Below are positions 13,526 through 26,455 of a stretch of 64,000 nt of DNA, in pieces. Each line of letters starts with the position of its first letter. The first letter of the stretch is position 1. Both the position numbers and the translations under genes were made by a program. The DNA comes from Bispira polyomma (Eukaryota): positions 61,504,001 through 61,568,000 of the forward strand of contig OZ287754.1 in assembly GCA_965649765.1 (NCBI GenBank). Direction: 5' to 3'. Under the pieces are notes generated by a model. The model worked only from the letters and a program-made list of their open reading frames with translations, made no database searches and had not been told where the DNA came from.

Positions 13526-14539
13526 ATGATGACTCTGGAGAAGGTTGGTAGTCATACACTTGAAATAGAAGGTGTGAGACATTTAGGAGACCATGAAAGT
13601 GTAGTGTACGTGCGCCATGTTGATGGAGATATAGATGACATTGTGAAAGCCACTGGTAAGAGCCGTAAACCTGTGAGGCGTTCGTCTGAGAAGCGTGTCT
13701 TGTTCTCGGCTAAGGAAACTACTGTAGACAGTGTAGTATCAGACCTCTCAGACAGTGATGTCAAAGACAACGTAAACAATAACAACACAAACCACCAATA
13801 TACAAAGATCAAAATGGTTTCATGTGGCAAGGAGTCTCCTTGCAGTGATGACAGACAGAGCATCAGGAAAGGGAAAAAGAAAAGAGACACGCAGATGGTC
13901 AAAGCGGAAAAAGTGAAGGAAAAGAACAACAAAGCCAAAGATCTAGCCAAATCATTGGAACTTTACGGACTATCTCCACGTGTCGCGAGAAAGCATTAAC
14001 AGATTGCATCACACAATACAGCAGAAGCAGCTGGTCATGGGCCTCATGTATTGACCAGCTCTATAGAAACTCTCGGCCTCTCGCCAGGTCTAAAACGCAG
14101 AGGTGTCCCACGCTCTTCTTTAAGTGCTCACCATCATGCACCGGTTAAAGCTGTACTTCCTCACAGCTTAAAGAGTCACTCTATGGACACAATCAGCCAC
14201 TATTCCAACTCAAGTAGTTCAGAACCTTCACCGATGCAGTCGCCAAATCTCCGAGATTTCAGAAAGATGAGCATGCCGCCGGTGCCGTTACATTTGGGTT
14301 TTATTAGTACCGATGAAGAGCTCGAAAATCTTAGGTTCATCAAAAAGGCGCTCTCGCCTAATCCACTACTGCCTGACATTCTCAAAAAGCTTGTCAATAG
14401 CACTGCAGGAAATAACCATCTGAAGCCACCTGTTGCCACTGGAGGGCGGCAAAGATCAGTGTCCATGGACCCAGAGATCAGTAAATATAAACAAGCAAGG
14501 GATTCTCTGAAGAAAAGGGTAGACAGTGCTCATAAGTAA
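13526..14539 (+). CDS. Uncharacterised Ser/Pro/Lys-rich, probably disordered protein; 337 codons interrupted by one in-frame TAA at 13997-13999 (pseudogene, null allele, sequence error or readthrough)
   Basis: ORFs 13526..13999 and 14051..14539 share a frame, and the linker QIASHNTAEAAGHGPHV is open. GC is raised over the whole stretch. Internal repeat LELYGLSPRVARK / IETLGLSPGLKRR. AATAAA near 14626. Confidence 0.7.
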
Positions 14540-16437
14540 CTGTTACACAATATATAGTCAACATAAAAGGGGATTTTATTAAAATTAAATTTGTTGGAAT
14601 GTTTTTGGACTTTTAAAACGTATAATAATAAATAATTAATTGCATAATTATAAAAGTTTTTTTACAAGAGTAGAATATGTAACAAAATAGATCATTTAGA
14701 AATAGATCTGAGATTTTTATTGTTTTGTTTTGCAAAGTTTAAAACATTCGTTAATTATGACCAATCACATATCAGTGTGGTAGAAACAGATAATGTAAAT
14801 AGAAAAAAATGTAACATAAAAACTGCCTTTAAAAGATGTACTTAATTGTATATTACTGTATAAAAACTGCTATTGAAAACAACTATAATTGTATATATAA
14901 TGTATTTCGTGATATAATTTATTGTTGTCTTTGTAAGATATTGTTGAAAATGATATTTATGCAGTGTCATCATAGCTTCATATTTTTATGTATCGTTGTA
15001 CGTTACTTTGTAACATAATAATGCTGCCTTATGTAGTCATCGAAGTTAAAATTATATAATTAAACATAAAGGTCACATTTACAAAGTGTATTGAAATAAT
15101 TTAAATGACAGTAAAAGTGAATGAGGTCATCAACTGTGCAGTTTTGATACTCATTCTTCTTATGCAGTGAAAACACGTATTTTAGGCAATACTTCTTCTT
15201 GTGTTATTGTTCCAATGTGTCATACATGCCATAGCTGTACTACTGTAAACTGTACACATGTGATTATAATTAAATACACTTGATACATATAATGTTGGGG
15301 CTGTGTATTACCTTGTTAATGTGTAATATTTTGTTTTTTGTTTGTAGTATATTTACAATGAATTAGTAATAGTTCCACGATTCAATTAACTTATTGTACA
15401 AACTAAGCCACAACTGAAAGTTTGAATTTGTCATATGAACAACAATGCTTCCTTATTGGATATTATTTACTGGAGAGATTTACTTTCTTGGTTTACATTG
15501 CAGGTTTCTCTAATGTTAGACCAATAAAAAGTGTCCATTGTAAGCCAACAAACAACATAGAAATGGCATGGAAAAATAATCCAGAATGTCAACTGGCACG
15601 GTTTTTGTTATCATTATCATTTTGTTTATATTTATATTTTACTTATATTTTTTGGTAGGTTTGGTCAATTGGCTTAAAACGTCAAAGAAATGCACACGAA
15701 TTCCATGTAGCAAATTAAAAAACATCAATAATTGTATGGCAGTATATGAAAAAGTGGCCTATATTTTTGTCTTCTAAATATAGAAGGAATGTCTCCCATG
15801 AGCACAATGAAAAACAATGGTAAGAAACCACAAAGTTGAAGTTCCACTGGGAAACAATCCCTAATGGCGTTCTAACACATTTCCTTCCTTTTTAACTGTC
15901 ACTCACATTCAAATTGGCACTCTCTATTATATAAATATGTCATCATGCAAAAAGTATTAGTTTCCCTCAAAAGACAAAAAAGTGTAAAATTTGGCAAGAA
16001 ATGATTTGGTCCATATTATTTCACTTGTAAGGCAATACAGGACCATAGAGGACAACTTCGGAGAATCTTATCATTGTCTAAACCAAAGGTCCACTTGGTA
16101 TTATTTATCATTTTTTCGAATGATAACTAGTCCTACTACTTTACAGAGATTTTGTACATTAGTTTTTTAGCTGTCACCCGAACTATGTACACAGCTATTG
16201 CTATTCTTGGCACACTGTCAGTTTAAACCAAACAGTTCGCCATTGACTTATGATGCAATTTGTTGTAACATAGTCAAGTAAGAAATTCAAACTTAACTGA
16301 AATAATACTCAATAATATTAGAATCTGACTTTCAAATGGTTTATTCTAGTACCATATTCTGAGATTCTGAGGCAGAACACAATCCAAAGAATTAAAAGTC
16401 ATATAGAAAACCAAGCTTCTGTCAGGATTTCAATAGA

Positions 16438-16600
16438 CAACTAGAATGGCACTACATAGAGTGTATACCTACGTCAAGGCCCCACGATGGCAAAAAAAGT
16501 CCCTGGATCTGCCCCTGCACCCATCTCTCCACAAAATTTAATGGAAATCACTCAAATAAATCAGAAAATCTCGCCGATTGGGGGGTATTTTTTGTGAAAT
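16438..16600 (+). mobile_element. Helentron-like non-autonomous element fragment
   Basis: Begins caactagaatggcactacatagagtgtatacct, related to the end of the 10535-10775 element. Confidence 0.4.
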
Positions 16601-17501
16601 ATGTATTTTTAAATTGTGATTCCAATGAAAAGTGACAAATAGATGTACACATTTTTATCGCTGCCTGTAAACGAAAGTTGGCCAATGACCGACAAAAAAC
16701 ACTTACCTATAAAATCTTGTGACAAAAGCTTATGACATTATTGTTCAGCTTCAAAGCTTAGATAATTACATGTTATATTATGACTTTTTAAATTAAATTA
16801 GGAGGCTATCTTCATCAACTGACAAGTAAAAATGTAATTATTTAAAATGGATAACATGATTTTAAAAGGATGATAAAGAGTCACGAAACAAAATGCATTT
16901 CAAGACAATTTGAGAATAACTTTGACCACTGTCGATAATTTAAGAGAAATAGTACAAGCTATTTGTGTCTCCAACTTTCACTTATGTTAAGCCCCCTCCC
17001 CCCCCCCCCCACTCCCCTAAAAAAAAAAACACCCAAAAATCCATCTAATCTTTTTTCTTTTTTACAGCAAAGGCAGTATTAAGTTGTAATAATAATGGGT
17101 TTATTTAATTCTTTATTAAATAAATTAAAAAACAAAACACTTAACATTTCAATATTTGTCGGGTGTTTTTCCCCAAATAATAGTTGAATTACTTTACGTC
17201 CTTAATATTCAGAATACAACCAGCATTTCCCTTTTATCACGCACAATACAAATCTATCAGAATGTAATTCAGCAGAAAAATCTAATTGATTTTTTTTTTG
17301 GCCAAATCCCAAACGTCCTTCAGGGAACCTTTAATGATGAAACCAAATTGGTTCACAAAATATATATTTTGCCTTGCTGATATAATACAACAAAAAGAAT
17401 AAAGCACAATGCCAGTACATGATTAATAAAATACTTTCCTAAAGTTTAAAAGTAGTAGTAAAGTATAAATACCTGGGTTTAATTCTCGATGAACATTTAA
17501 G

Positions 17502-17505
<4 letters not shown>

Positions 17506-17568
<63 letters not shown>
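17506..17568. repeat. (AT)n microsatellite
   Basis: Directly visible. Confidence 0.98.
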
Positions 17569-17570
<2 letters not shown>

Positions 17571-18364
17571 TATTGTTTAAATAGTACTCCCATATTCACT
17601 ATAGGGAATCTGTCCAAGTTTGCAATGCTCAACCAGAAAAAGTAAAAATTATGCTAAGGTCAACTTACACCCAGAGGTCTTGAAAGGAAGCAGAAATGTG
17701 GTCCAGATAAATCAGTAATTTGATGAACACATCCAGTCATGCTTTTGTTTTGTGAAGAAGGCCAAATGTCTTACTCAACTCTCATTACTTACTCTTGTGT
17801 CCATCAATGCCATCAGTTTCATATATATTATGCTCCATCAATGCACAATGCTCTGAGTAAATCAGAGTGTCTATGTTTGAACATCGTGTGGTGTTGGTAG
17901 CTTATTTAAGAATAAAATAAATAGAAGTTAGATAGATAGCCATTTAAACAAACAATTGTGATAAAAAAACAACATTTGTTTAATGCTAGAGAACAAACGT
18001 TTCAGGGATTGTTCGTAAAAATATAATTAAACTACAAGAAAATTTAACTTGTGCAAAATACTGTTGCAAGTGTATAGTATAAAAATATTTGTTCAGTGTG
18101 GTTGTGAATTTATAACAATATTGTTAACAGAATAAGCTGTTTTATCTCTTCTTAAAGGTGATAGTTTTATGTACAACAAAAAGTGCAGTATGGATTTGAA
18201 ACAACCCAATCCCGAGATCGGAAAGGCTAGTTTACATGCCAGGCTAGACAGTCTGAACTGTCCAGTAGATGTGGTCAATCTCAGGTACCTGTCACCCAGA
18301 GAAAGTGTGGAGATAGTAGTCCATAGGGAACAGGAAGAGACTGAGAAAGCTGCCGGCCTGGAAA

Positions 18365-18575
18365 AAAGGAGGCAGCCGATATTTTCAACCTATGGGCTGT
18401 TATATAAGTAGGTCATGTAGGGGAAATAAACAAATGGCGGCCATGCTGGAGGGACAGGACTATGAAATCATTCATCTAAGAGAACGGGAGGCAGGGGATA
18501 TTTTCAACCAATGGGCTGTTTTATAAGTAGGTCATTTGGGGGGGGGGGGCGAATAGCGTCCATTTTGGAGGGCAG
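18365..18575. repeat. Diverged direct repeat (~119-bp period) within a GC-richer, possibly LTR-like segment
   Basis: gaggcag..gatattttcaacc.atgggctgtt.tataagtaggtcat occurs at ~18369 and ~18488. Confidence 0.75.
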
Positions 18576-21500
18576 TGCACGTGGACTGCAATGATTCTAT
18601 ACAGATTTAACTAGAAGTAGGCAACAAGCATAATTGTAAATAATACATGTAGCGGCACATTTGGTCTAATGTGAAAAATGAAACTTGTCTACAGAAATAA
18701 GAATGGTTTTTATATGTCAAGATCTCAGATAATGTACACATACCAGTGAACTTCACAGACATATTATAAATAGTTATTGTTGTCATTCATTCTGTGCTGG
18801 ACGACAAGTGTTTTAGTAGATATAGTTTACATTTACCTAAGGTGTTATAGTTGGCTTACTTCTCTTAACTTGTATGTCAGTATTATCATCATGACTACCA
18901 TAGCAGTAACTGAGTCTTGTGGTATGAATTATAACTCTTGTGGTTTGAAATATAGTAAAACAAAGCTATAATGTTTGAAACAATCTTTTGTTGTCCAGCA
19001 AGACTAATAGTAAGGTTATATTTACGATTTATGACTCACATGGTGATAACGTTTTAAAACATACAGTTTTCTTTAAAGCACCAAACATGTTGAACAAGCA
19101 GTAGTAACCATCCATGCTTTTCGACACATTGTCTATATTATATGGTATATTTGTGCGTATGTCTATGATATATGTAAACATATAAAATATTATTATGGTG
19201 TTATGTTCCGTAATGAATTTGTATAAACCCCAAGTAGTCTTACAATAATTAAATTAAACCTGGCAATTTCCGATTGAAATATGTGTCTACTATTTTCCAA
19301 TAATCTTAAAAAGGATCTTAGAATTAATGGCATTTTAGACACAACTATACATGTATAAGTATAACTGTACAATAAGGATGTAATCTAAGTAGGTGAGGTT
19401 TGGGGACCGGATAACGCCACTCTATTTTCAAGTAGAGAACACCCTAACAAATATCGGAAGCTTTGGTCATACACATTTTGTGCAAAATTTAATCATTCAT
19501 CATTTGCTAAAAACCACTATACCTTTGATATGCAGCAATGTATGTTTGTGTAAAGCTTTGCGTATGTTTGTATCTTGACTTTGTAACTTCCATATTTTTG
19601 AAAGAGAAGGTGTTTTTTGGCAATGCAACAGGAAATGCCAAAAGATTGCATATTTTGCTGAAAGTTGATGAACAAGAAGCATGATGTTGATGTAAACCTA
19701 TATAAACCCAGGACAAATAGGTTCCTCATGCTTTTGTATAATGGTGAAAGCCTAGCTCAATGCTTTCATTACAGCTGTCATTCAAAACCTCAGCTTCTCT
19801 ACCAAATATTATGAAGTTATATGGTAATTAAATGTCAGTTCACTTGGTGGGTGGAATTACTAAGTGGCTCTCACGGTTGTGTACTGAAAGGGGGGTCTTG
19901 TGTGTGTTGTGAAATGTTGGGTGACATTGAATGAGTAATAACTGATAAGCAAGTTCATCAGTCAAAAAGTAGGGCAATTTTATCAAATCTGGACTCTCTT
20001 TTCCTTTATTTAGCTTCAAAATTTTAAAAAATATATATATTTGACTAATATTTAATTAATACACATGAAATATTTATGTTTGTTAAAGTACATGTTTATC
20101 TTCAGTGTTCTTTCAAATCTATGTTTTTTTGTGGCAAATATTAGTGATGTTTAAAATAGATTTAGAACTTAATAGTACCACGAAGACACTTTTGATCAAC
20201 ATTTTTGGCCATTAAATATTATATTTTTGTTTGAATTTTGTTTGTGCATGTAAAATACACTTTTACCTTTTGAATGTATGTTCTAAAATATCGTTATCGT
20301 CAAATGCTCATAAATGTAAAACATGAAATACGTGTTTATAAAAATTGAAAACTAATATTACCAAATGTGTGATGTTAAGATAGAAATATAGAAATTGTAA
20401 AGCTGTTTTTGCATACTACTCTGTTACAGAATTGTACCAGAAAGAGATTGACTGATATAAAACTGTAGATTCGATATATAGTAGTTTTTTTAGTAGCTAG
20501 TAACTGGTAAAGTGCTCAGAAGTTACAGAGCTCAGATAAAATAATCCACTCGACTACTGAGGAATGTTGTCCATGGTCAGATCTCACCAGTTTGTGAAGG
20601 CAAATGAGTGCAAGGAAGTGCTAGGGACCTACAGTGGTTGTGTGTATGTGGTTGTCAAACACTTGATGGAGTAATCTGGACTTGTATACAGAACTTTGTA
20701 GGACAAATAAATCAAAGTCTACTCAGGTTTACGTTTTATAGAAAGAGAAATATGAATGGTGACCTGGGAGAGAAATTCAGAAAATAAATATATTCTTAAG
20801 CACAAATAAATATTATCAATATTTGGGTTAAATAGATACTTTTCTCTTTCATTTCTGCTAGACCTTTTTTTTCTTCGTATGTTTGACCTTCACAAATACT
20901 ATTCTATTTACTAATCTTGTGACTGGTAACCAGAAATAAAAAGCAAATCAGAGACTAGCAGGTGCCAAATAAACTTCCTATGTCTGTGGTTGACTTAATA
21001 TTTACTTTTTATTGTTTATTGTGTGATTCATTTTTACATGTGCATTTATTTAAAAAAAACAGAATGAACAGAAAGCACCTTTTTCATTACTGCATATGCA
21101 TGGCGACTTTAAAGATACTGCAGGTGATCTGAAGTCAATTGACCCACCTCACAAATGTCTCATTTTGCAGGCAAAAATAAACTCACATGTACTGCTTAAA
21201 ATTCTTCCCATATTAGACTTATTTTTCAAGTTAAATATGTTTGAACAGTAATATATAAAAGCATTATTTAAAATAAATTAGTTAACTTCGAAATTGCCCC
21301 CCCCCCCCCCCCCCCCCCCCAGAAATGATATATTTGTAGGATACACCAGCAGACTTCTATGTTATTTAACCATGTTTGGTCACCTCGTCATGGATGTTCT
21401 GTTATCGTTAAATAAGCCATATAACCTGTATTGCATTAAAAGATTACATTAATATCTTAACATATCAAATCGTGTAGAAAGAGATGATTTTTGTTTTAAT

Positions 21501-22389
21501 AAAAAAAGAAATGAAAATAATTTTGCTACATGTACAAATCCCTCCCAGGATTTAACACCAAACTCTAAAAGTAACAATTGTAACAGCCATATTGAATGGA
21601 TAAACTGGAAAAAATGCATCATAGAATGAGGGAAAAATTATAGTGAAATTTTGAAAGTTGGTATACGGTCAATGTAAAAAAAGAGAATTTTATTTTTGTA
21701 CATGGCATTATCGGACATATTGTTATAATACAAGCTAGAAAGCACCACCGCATAAAAACATACAAGTGGAAAAGTAAGGTAATCCTATTACACTCACTTA
21801 AAGAAAATTGTTCAGGCAATTGATGCCTTTTTGGGTCGTCAATGATATGTAATGGATATAGTTACATAGTGGGGTAATCCCCAATGAATGCATGGCCTAG
21901 ATTCCTTCTGACAGGAATTATGTGTAGGTATTACACATACAAATGTACTTATATAATATGATAGCCTGACAATGGAGCTTAAAATTGTAAAACAAAACAA
22001 TGTACCAATATTAGCCTTTTTTACACTCATGGGATTATTAGAGTACACATATAGTTAAGGGCAAAAACTGAGGACAAAATGTCAAAAAGAAAGATATGTT
22101 TTAATGTTAATGTTTTGACTTCTATAGTGCCACAATTGATGATCAGGCATCCTCTGTGGCGCATATTCCAAACAATGAGCAAAAGAATAGTCTAATAGGA
22201 GAAAGGAGGTTTGTGATATTTGGAGATAAAACACAATTGTTTCTTCCATTTTCAGAAAAGAAAACACAAAACTATATAGATTTAAGCTGTTGTTTTACAC
22301 ATACAAAATGCAATTTTTTAATAATAAGTATGTGACAGAATGGTTATTTTCCATGTACAATAGTGTACCTATTACATTTGACAAAGAAA

Positions 22390-22525
22390 CATGTGGGAAA
22401 GTTTGTACTTGCCATAAGCTGGTGGTTTAAAGTACTTTAGCACTGGTTTCTTCCATCATTAAGTCTGACCATCTTGATATAAACTCGAAACTTTTTAAAG
22501 TGACACTAAAACCTAACTAAATTCA
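22390..22525 (+). mobile_element. 5'-truncated Meta-like SINE remnant
   Basis: atgtgggaaagtttg...ctggtggttt...ggtttcttcc...gatataa...aaagtgacactaaa parallels the core and 3' end of the other SINEs. Confidence 0.55.
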
Positions 22526-23454
22526 AATACTGAGAATACATTATTTTACCAATGCTGAGTACAATGTTGGGTACAGTTAATATGCTAAAATACACCATGT
22601 ATCGGATCTAGGTGCTTATAAGAGGAGGGTCCACTCTTAGAGTATATTGTTAACATAATTGTTGAAATTTGACTGTTTTATTCATGTTTGGTCAGCCCCT
22701 GGACCATCCCCTGTAACTGGGGCCTTGCCCCCTAGATAGGTATTCCTGACCCGGAGCCCGGCTCTGGGGCCTGGACCCTCGACACCCTCTGGATACACCC
22801 TATGTACTACATACTACCATTGTACATTAACAGCTTGGATAGATGGAAAGATTAAACCACAATTAAAAGAACACCACAATGATACATAATGTTACCTATG
22901 AGGATTCACTTAATGCCTTTCTTGTGGTTGGTTAAGTAGTTTAATTCATTACTCTCTGACAGAGGGGGGCTGGGGGGGGGGGGGGGGGGTCATGATTATA
23001 TGGTTTTGTAGTGGATTATATCCCAAAAAAACAACTAGCTAGGAATTTCCCAGGCTTTGATCTGAGTACAATAAAATGCACTAACAGTATACCCAATCAG
23101 ACCAATGGGTCTACTTTTTGTACACTGACAGAATGCATTATAAAATGGGCTAAATGGCAAAATATCTTTGAAAGTATCCATAAACACCTTTAATGAGAAA
23201 CATATAATTATTTTTAGTAATCATTCTAAAACCATAGATTAAATTTTCTACTGTTGGAACTTTTCACTAAGAAAACCTACAATTTCCCTGAATTAAACTT
23301 TCGACAGTTTCCATTCCATTGATTAAAGAAAATAGAAGTTGGCTAGACTCAGAAAAAGAAAACATAACAAAACATGGTTATTTCTGTGGAAAGCAATTTT
23401 GCATTATATTTTTTACTATTTTTTATTTATTATAGTGACATATAAGAATTTGAA

Positions 23455-23645
23455 TTTAGTTGCATTTTACGTCGCTTTTAACAGCTTAGCTCATATCACG
23501 AAAGCCAGATTCAATAGCGGAAGAAACCACTCACCTATGGCAAGTACCTGACAAACTCACCTACATAAAGGAACAAACAGGATTGGAACCCACGTACATT
23601 GGTCAGAGGACAGTGACTTTAATGCTGGCGTTGCTAACCACTGGA
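23455..23645 (-). mobile_element. Old tRNA-derived (Meta-like) SINE
   Basis: Reverse strand: gtggttagcaacgcc...gtgggttccaatcc...gagtttgtcaggtacttgccatagg...tggtttcttcc...gatatgagctaagctgttaaaagcgacgtaaaa. Confidence 0.65.
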
Positions 23646-24170
23646 ATATTAAAATTGGCCAGCTTTAAAAGACTTAATTATGTGTCGCATCAAATCCAAA
23701 AACAATATGAGCCAGTTGGTTTAACAACATGTGTTTAAAATATCAAATATCCAACAAATAGAAAATATTTTACCAAGTTATATTAACATTAAAATGACAT
23801 GGAATGTTTACAATGAATAATGCCCACACAGTAATTTAAATGACCAGTAGGTATCCCTTAACTAGATGAATTTATGTGATCAATATTGCTTTCCTAAATA
23901 TTAAGGGACAAACTACACACACATACGTCATCTTCTAGCTGAATGGCCTGTTCTGCTTTTGTCCAAACGTCTTTATATGTTCTAAGTTTAGAATATCTTA
24001 AACTAGATTCTAGTTCATATTTGAAATATAAAACAACAACGACATACTACTTGGTGAAAATTCTGAATGCTGCTACTAATCATAGAATAATTCTGCAACA
24101 GATGGAGTCATACATAGTCAAATGTACTTATAATTGTCCTCACATGTGAGAATAAACGAGAAGGCATAAA

Positions 24171-24238
24171 TGACGTCACAATGGATACATACGTCATGGT
24201 GTGACGTTATTGTACGTCACGATTTCAAACTTATGACG
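24171..24238 (+). promoter_or_regulatory. Cluster of CRE/ATF-type motifs, putative promoter of the 24303 gene
   Basis: TGACGTCA 24171-24178, TACGTCA at 24190 and 24213, TGACGT at 24202, TGACG at 24234, in otherwise CpG-poor DNA, 65-130 bp upstream of the ATG. Confidence 0.65.
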
Positions 24239-24302
24239 ACAAAAACCATTTTACATAGATACGTGTCAGTTTTGCTTAACTATCATAGTAGCACAAGTGA
24301 AG

Positions 24303-24887
24303 ATGGCATTTAGTGGAAAACAACTTCTACTGTTCAGGTGTTTAGCAGTGATAATTGGATACATGATTTCATACTACGCATTTAGTCAGGATACACCCGA
24401 TCGTGTTTGTCAAAGCATACCTCAACGACGAGTGTTGGCAATACTTGGCAAGTTTGTGTATGGCCTAACCTGTCGGTCCGATGATGAATGGAACAGCCGA
24501 GGTGACAACAACCTATTTGGGTGGCTGTGGATGATTCTTAGAAGACTGTTTAAAATCTGGGTGTTACAACATGGGAAGGCAGAAGAGCTGTACACCTGCA
24601 AGCTGGATTGGGGCAACATCCTGGAATTTGAGTTCTCTATCCAGGCGAACCAGTGCATTGAAGAATCAGCAGAGGAATCATCATTTCGCTTGATGTGGCT
24701 ATTTTTCATTGGTTCTTTTGTCTTCACATGTCTGGCCATTGATTATTACATCCGTGAACAGTTGAAGTTGCAGGGCTATATGATTGCTGCAGAAAATTGC
24801 TTTCAGGAGATAATTAACTCACTGGAGCCTCCCTTGAATAGGTTCATGACAGACAATTTCGACAGGATGCAGTACAATGTGTCCTAA
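24303..24887 (+). CDS. Intronless uncharacterised type-I membrane protein (194 aa)
   Basis: Open frame from the ATG at 24303. Signal-like N-terminus MAFSGKQLLLFRCLAVIIGYMISYYAFS, four Cys in the putative ectodomain, TM-like LMWLFFIGSFVFTCLAIDYYI, then a short tail. AATAAA at 25208. No transposon motifs seen. Confidence 0.7.
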   Translation: MAFSGKQLLLFRCLAVIIGYMISYYAFSQDTPDRVCQSIPQRRVLAILGKFVYGLTCRSDDEWNSRGDNNLFGWLWMILRRLFKIWVLQHGKAEELYTCKLDWGNILEFEFSIQANQCIEESAEESSFRLMWLFFIGSFVFTCLAIDYYIREQLKLQGYMIAAENCFQEIINSLEPPLNRFMTDNFDRMQYNVS

Positions 24888-26194
24888 ACCATATGGTGTC
24901 TGGGTCACAAACATTCAAAGCAATCAATATTTATTTTTATTTTTTATCAAGTAGCCAAATAAGTCACAATTAATTAATTGGATGTTTCTTAAATAACCTT
25001 CGATGTGATACAAGTAGTAATTCTCTGTAGATTGGATTTGTTTTATTGCATGTTGTGTTTTGACGATATTTGTAGATATATACAAGTACACTAAAAGGAC
25101 CTTTCTATACCTGAATAGTCTACTTGTATCATTGAAGAAGGATATCACTTTCCTAAATAAATTCCCGAATGTATGTAATAAAATCGTATAATGCTCCAAA
25201 TATCTTGAATAAAATTCTGTTTTAGTTCTGATTATTACTATTATTATGAATTTTTAACACGCTTTATTGATGCTAGGCATCTTCTAAAGCGTAACAGCAG
25301 AATCATTGATCTAATTATTAAGTCCATGGATATAGCAAAGTCGTAAGGAAAGAAGTCGAAGCGTGCACGTGTTAGTGTTATATTGAGCTATATACTTTCT
25401 AACCACACTGTAATGATTACCTGTTGTTATTCCCTGATCACACCATTTGCGGCAGTTTTCATAGTTTGACCTCGGTTTGAGTCTTTTTGACCTTTAATTT
25501 TGACCTTATCATCCCAATACTATTTATTGTTGCATTTCTGTGCTATATTTTAGTAGATATCATTGAAATGTCTATATAATATAACTAGTATATATGCATA
25601 TAATAATGTTTTCCAATAAAAGCGCATTTTACAATAAATGATATATTAGCTTGCTAATATAATTTCATTCTAATCATGTATATACACATAGGCCACACAA
25701 CAGTAATTTTTTCAATGTAGAGTAAATTTTATCATTCACATTACTTTATGAACATTTGGACCTTTACTTGAAACCACCAGTTTTGTATTTTGGATATAGT
25801 GGGTCAAAGTTATCAGAGGCCATATTTTGGAAAGGTTTTAAACTCACATTTATGCTTAACCTCAATTACCACAGAATAGTTTTCAATATTTATCTAAATG
25901 GCCAAGAATGTCACGATACTTTTAAACAGAACTCTTTCTTGAATTTAAATATATACAAAAAATATATGTCAAAGATATACCAGGATATATATGTTGATAT
26001 TATGGTTTAGTCCCAGGTCTCCCATAGCCTTGTGGATATAGAGTTGGGCAATGTCATCAGAAAGTCCCAGGTTCTATCCTCCAGCAATGTAATACAGGTT
26101 ATACCATGGAATAACATCAATTGCCTACCTATAGCGACCATTGTCACTTTATAGGACTGTATAAATGGTTCTGATAAAAATATGTCTCTTAAAT

Positions 26195-26455
26195 TTGAAT
26201 TTAGATATTTAACGTCCACTCTAGTACCTTCTAGTAGGTTATATTGGGACGGGTAGTTGGAAACGCTGGAGGAAACACTGGAGGAAACACTGCATACAGT
26301 TGGTCAAGGTTCTGCACTTAAACCAGGGGCCCACAGTAAGGAACTACCACCTTTCCCACACAGGCATCGACGGGAGTTGAACTCACGCCGCCCAGAGGTG
26401 AGAGACCAGTGATTGTGAAGTGCAATGCTTGCTAACCACTAGGCCACCGCGGCCC
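26195..26455 (-). mobile_element. tRNA-derived SINE (same family as 9011 and 38245)
   Basis: Reverse complement aligns by eye along the whole of the 38245 copy. It has an internal 12-bp duplication ctggaggaaaca. Confidence 0.9.

Noticed and set aside
13552-14466. Antisense ORFs 13552..13950 and 14200..14466
   Set aside because: Shadows of the plus-strand ORF. The same holds for 24422..24739, 47278..47502, 47925..48152 and 51843..52253.
17423-17632. ORF with IYIYIY repeat
   Set aside because: Artefact of the (AT)n microsatellite.
21296-21320. Long C/G homopolymers (also ~16992, 22964, 43739, 45266) as functional G-quadruplexes
   Set aside because: Simple repeats. One such run (43739 versus ~57780) differs even between the duplicate copies, and there is no supporting context.
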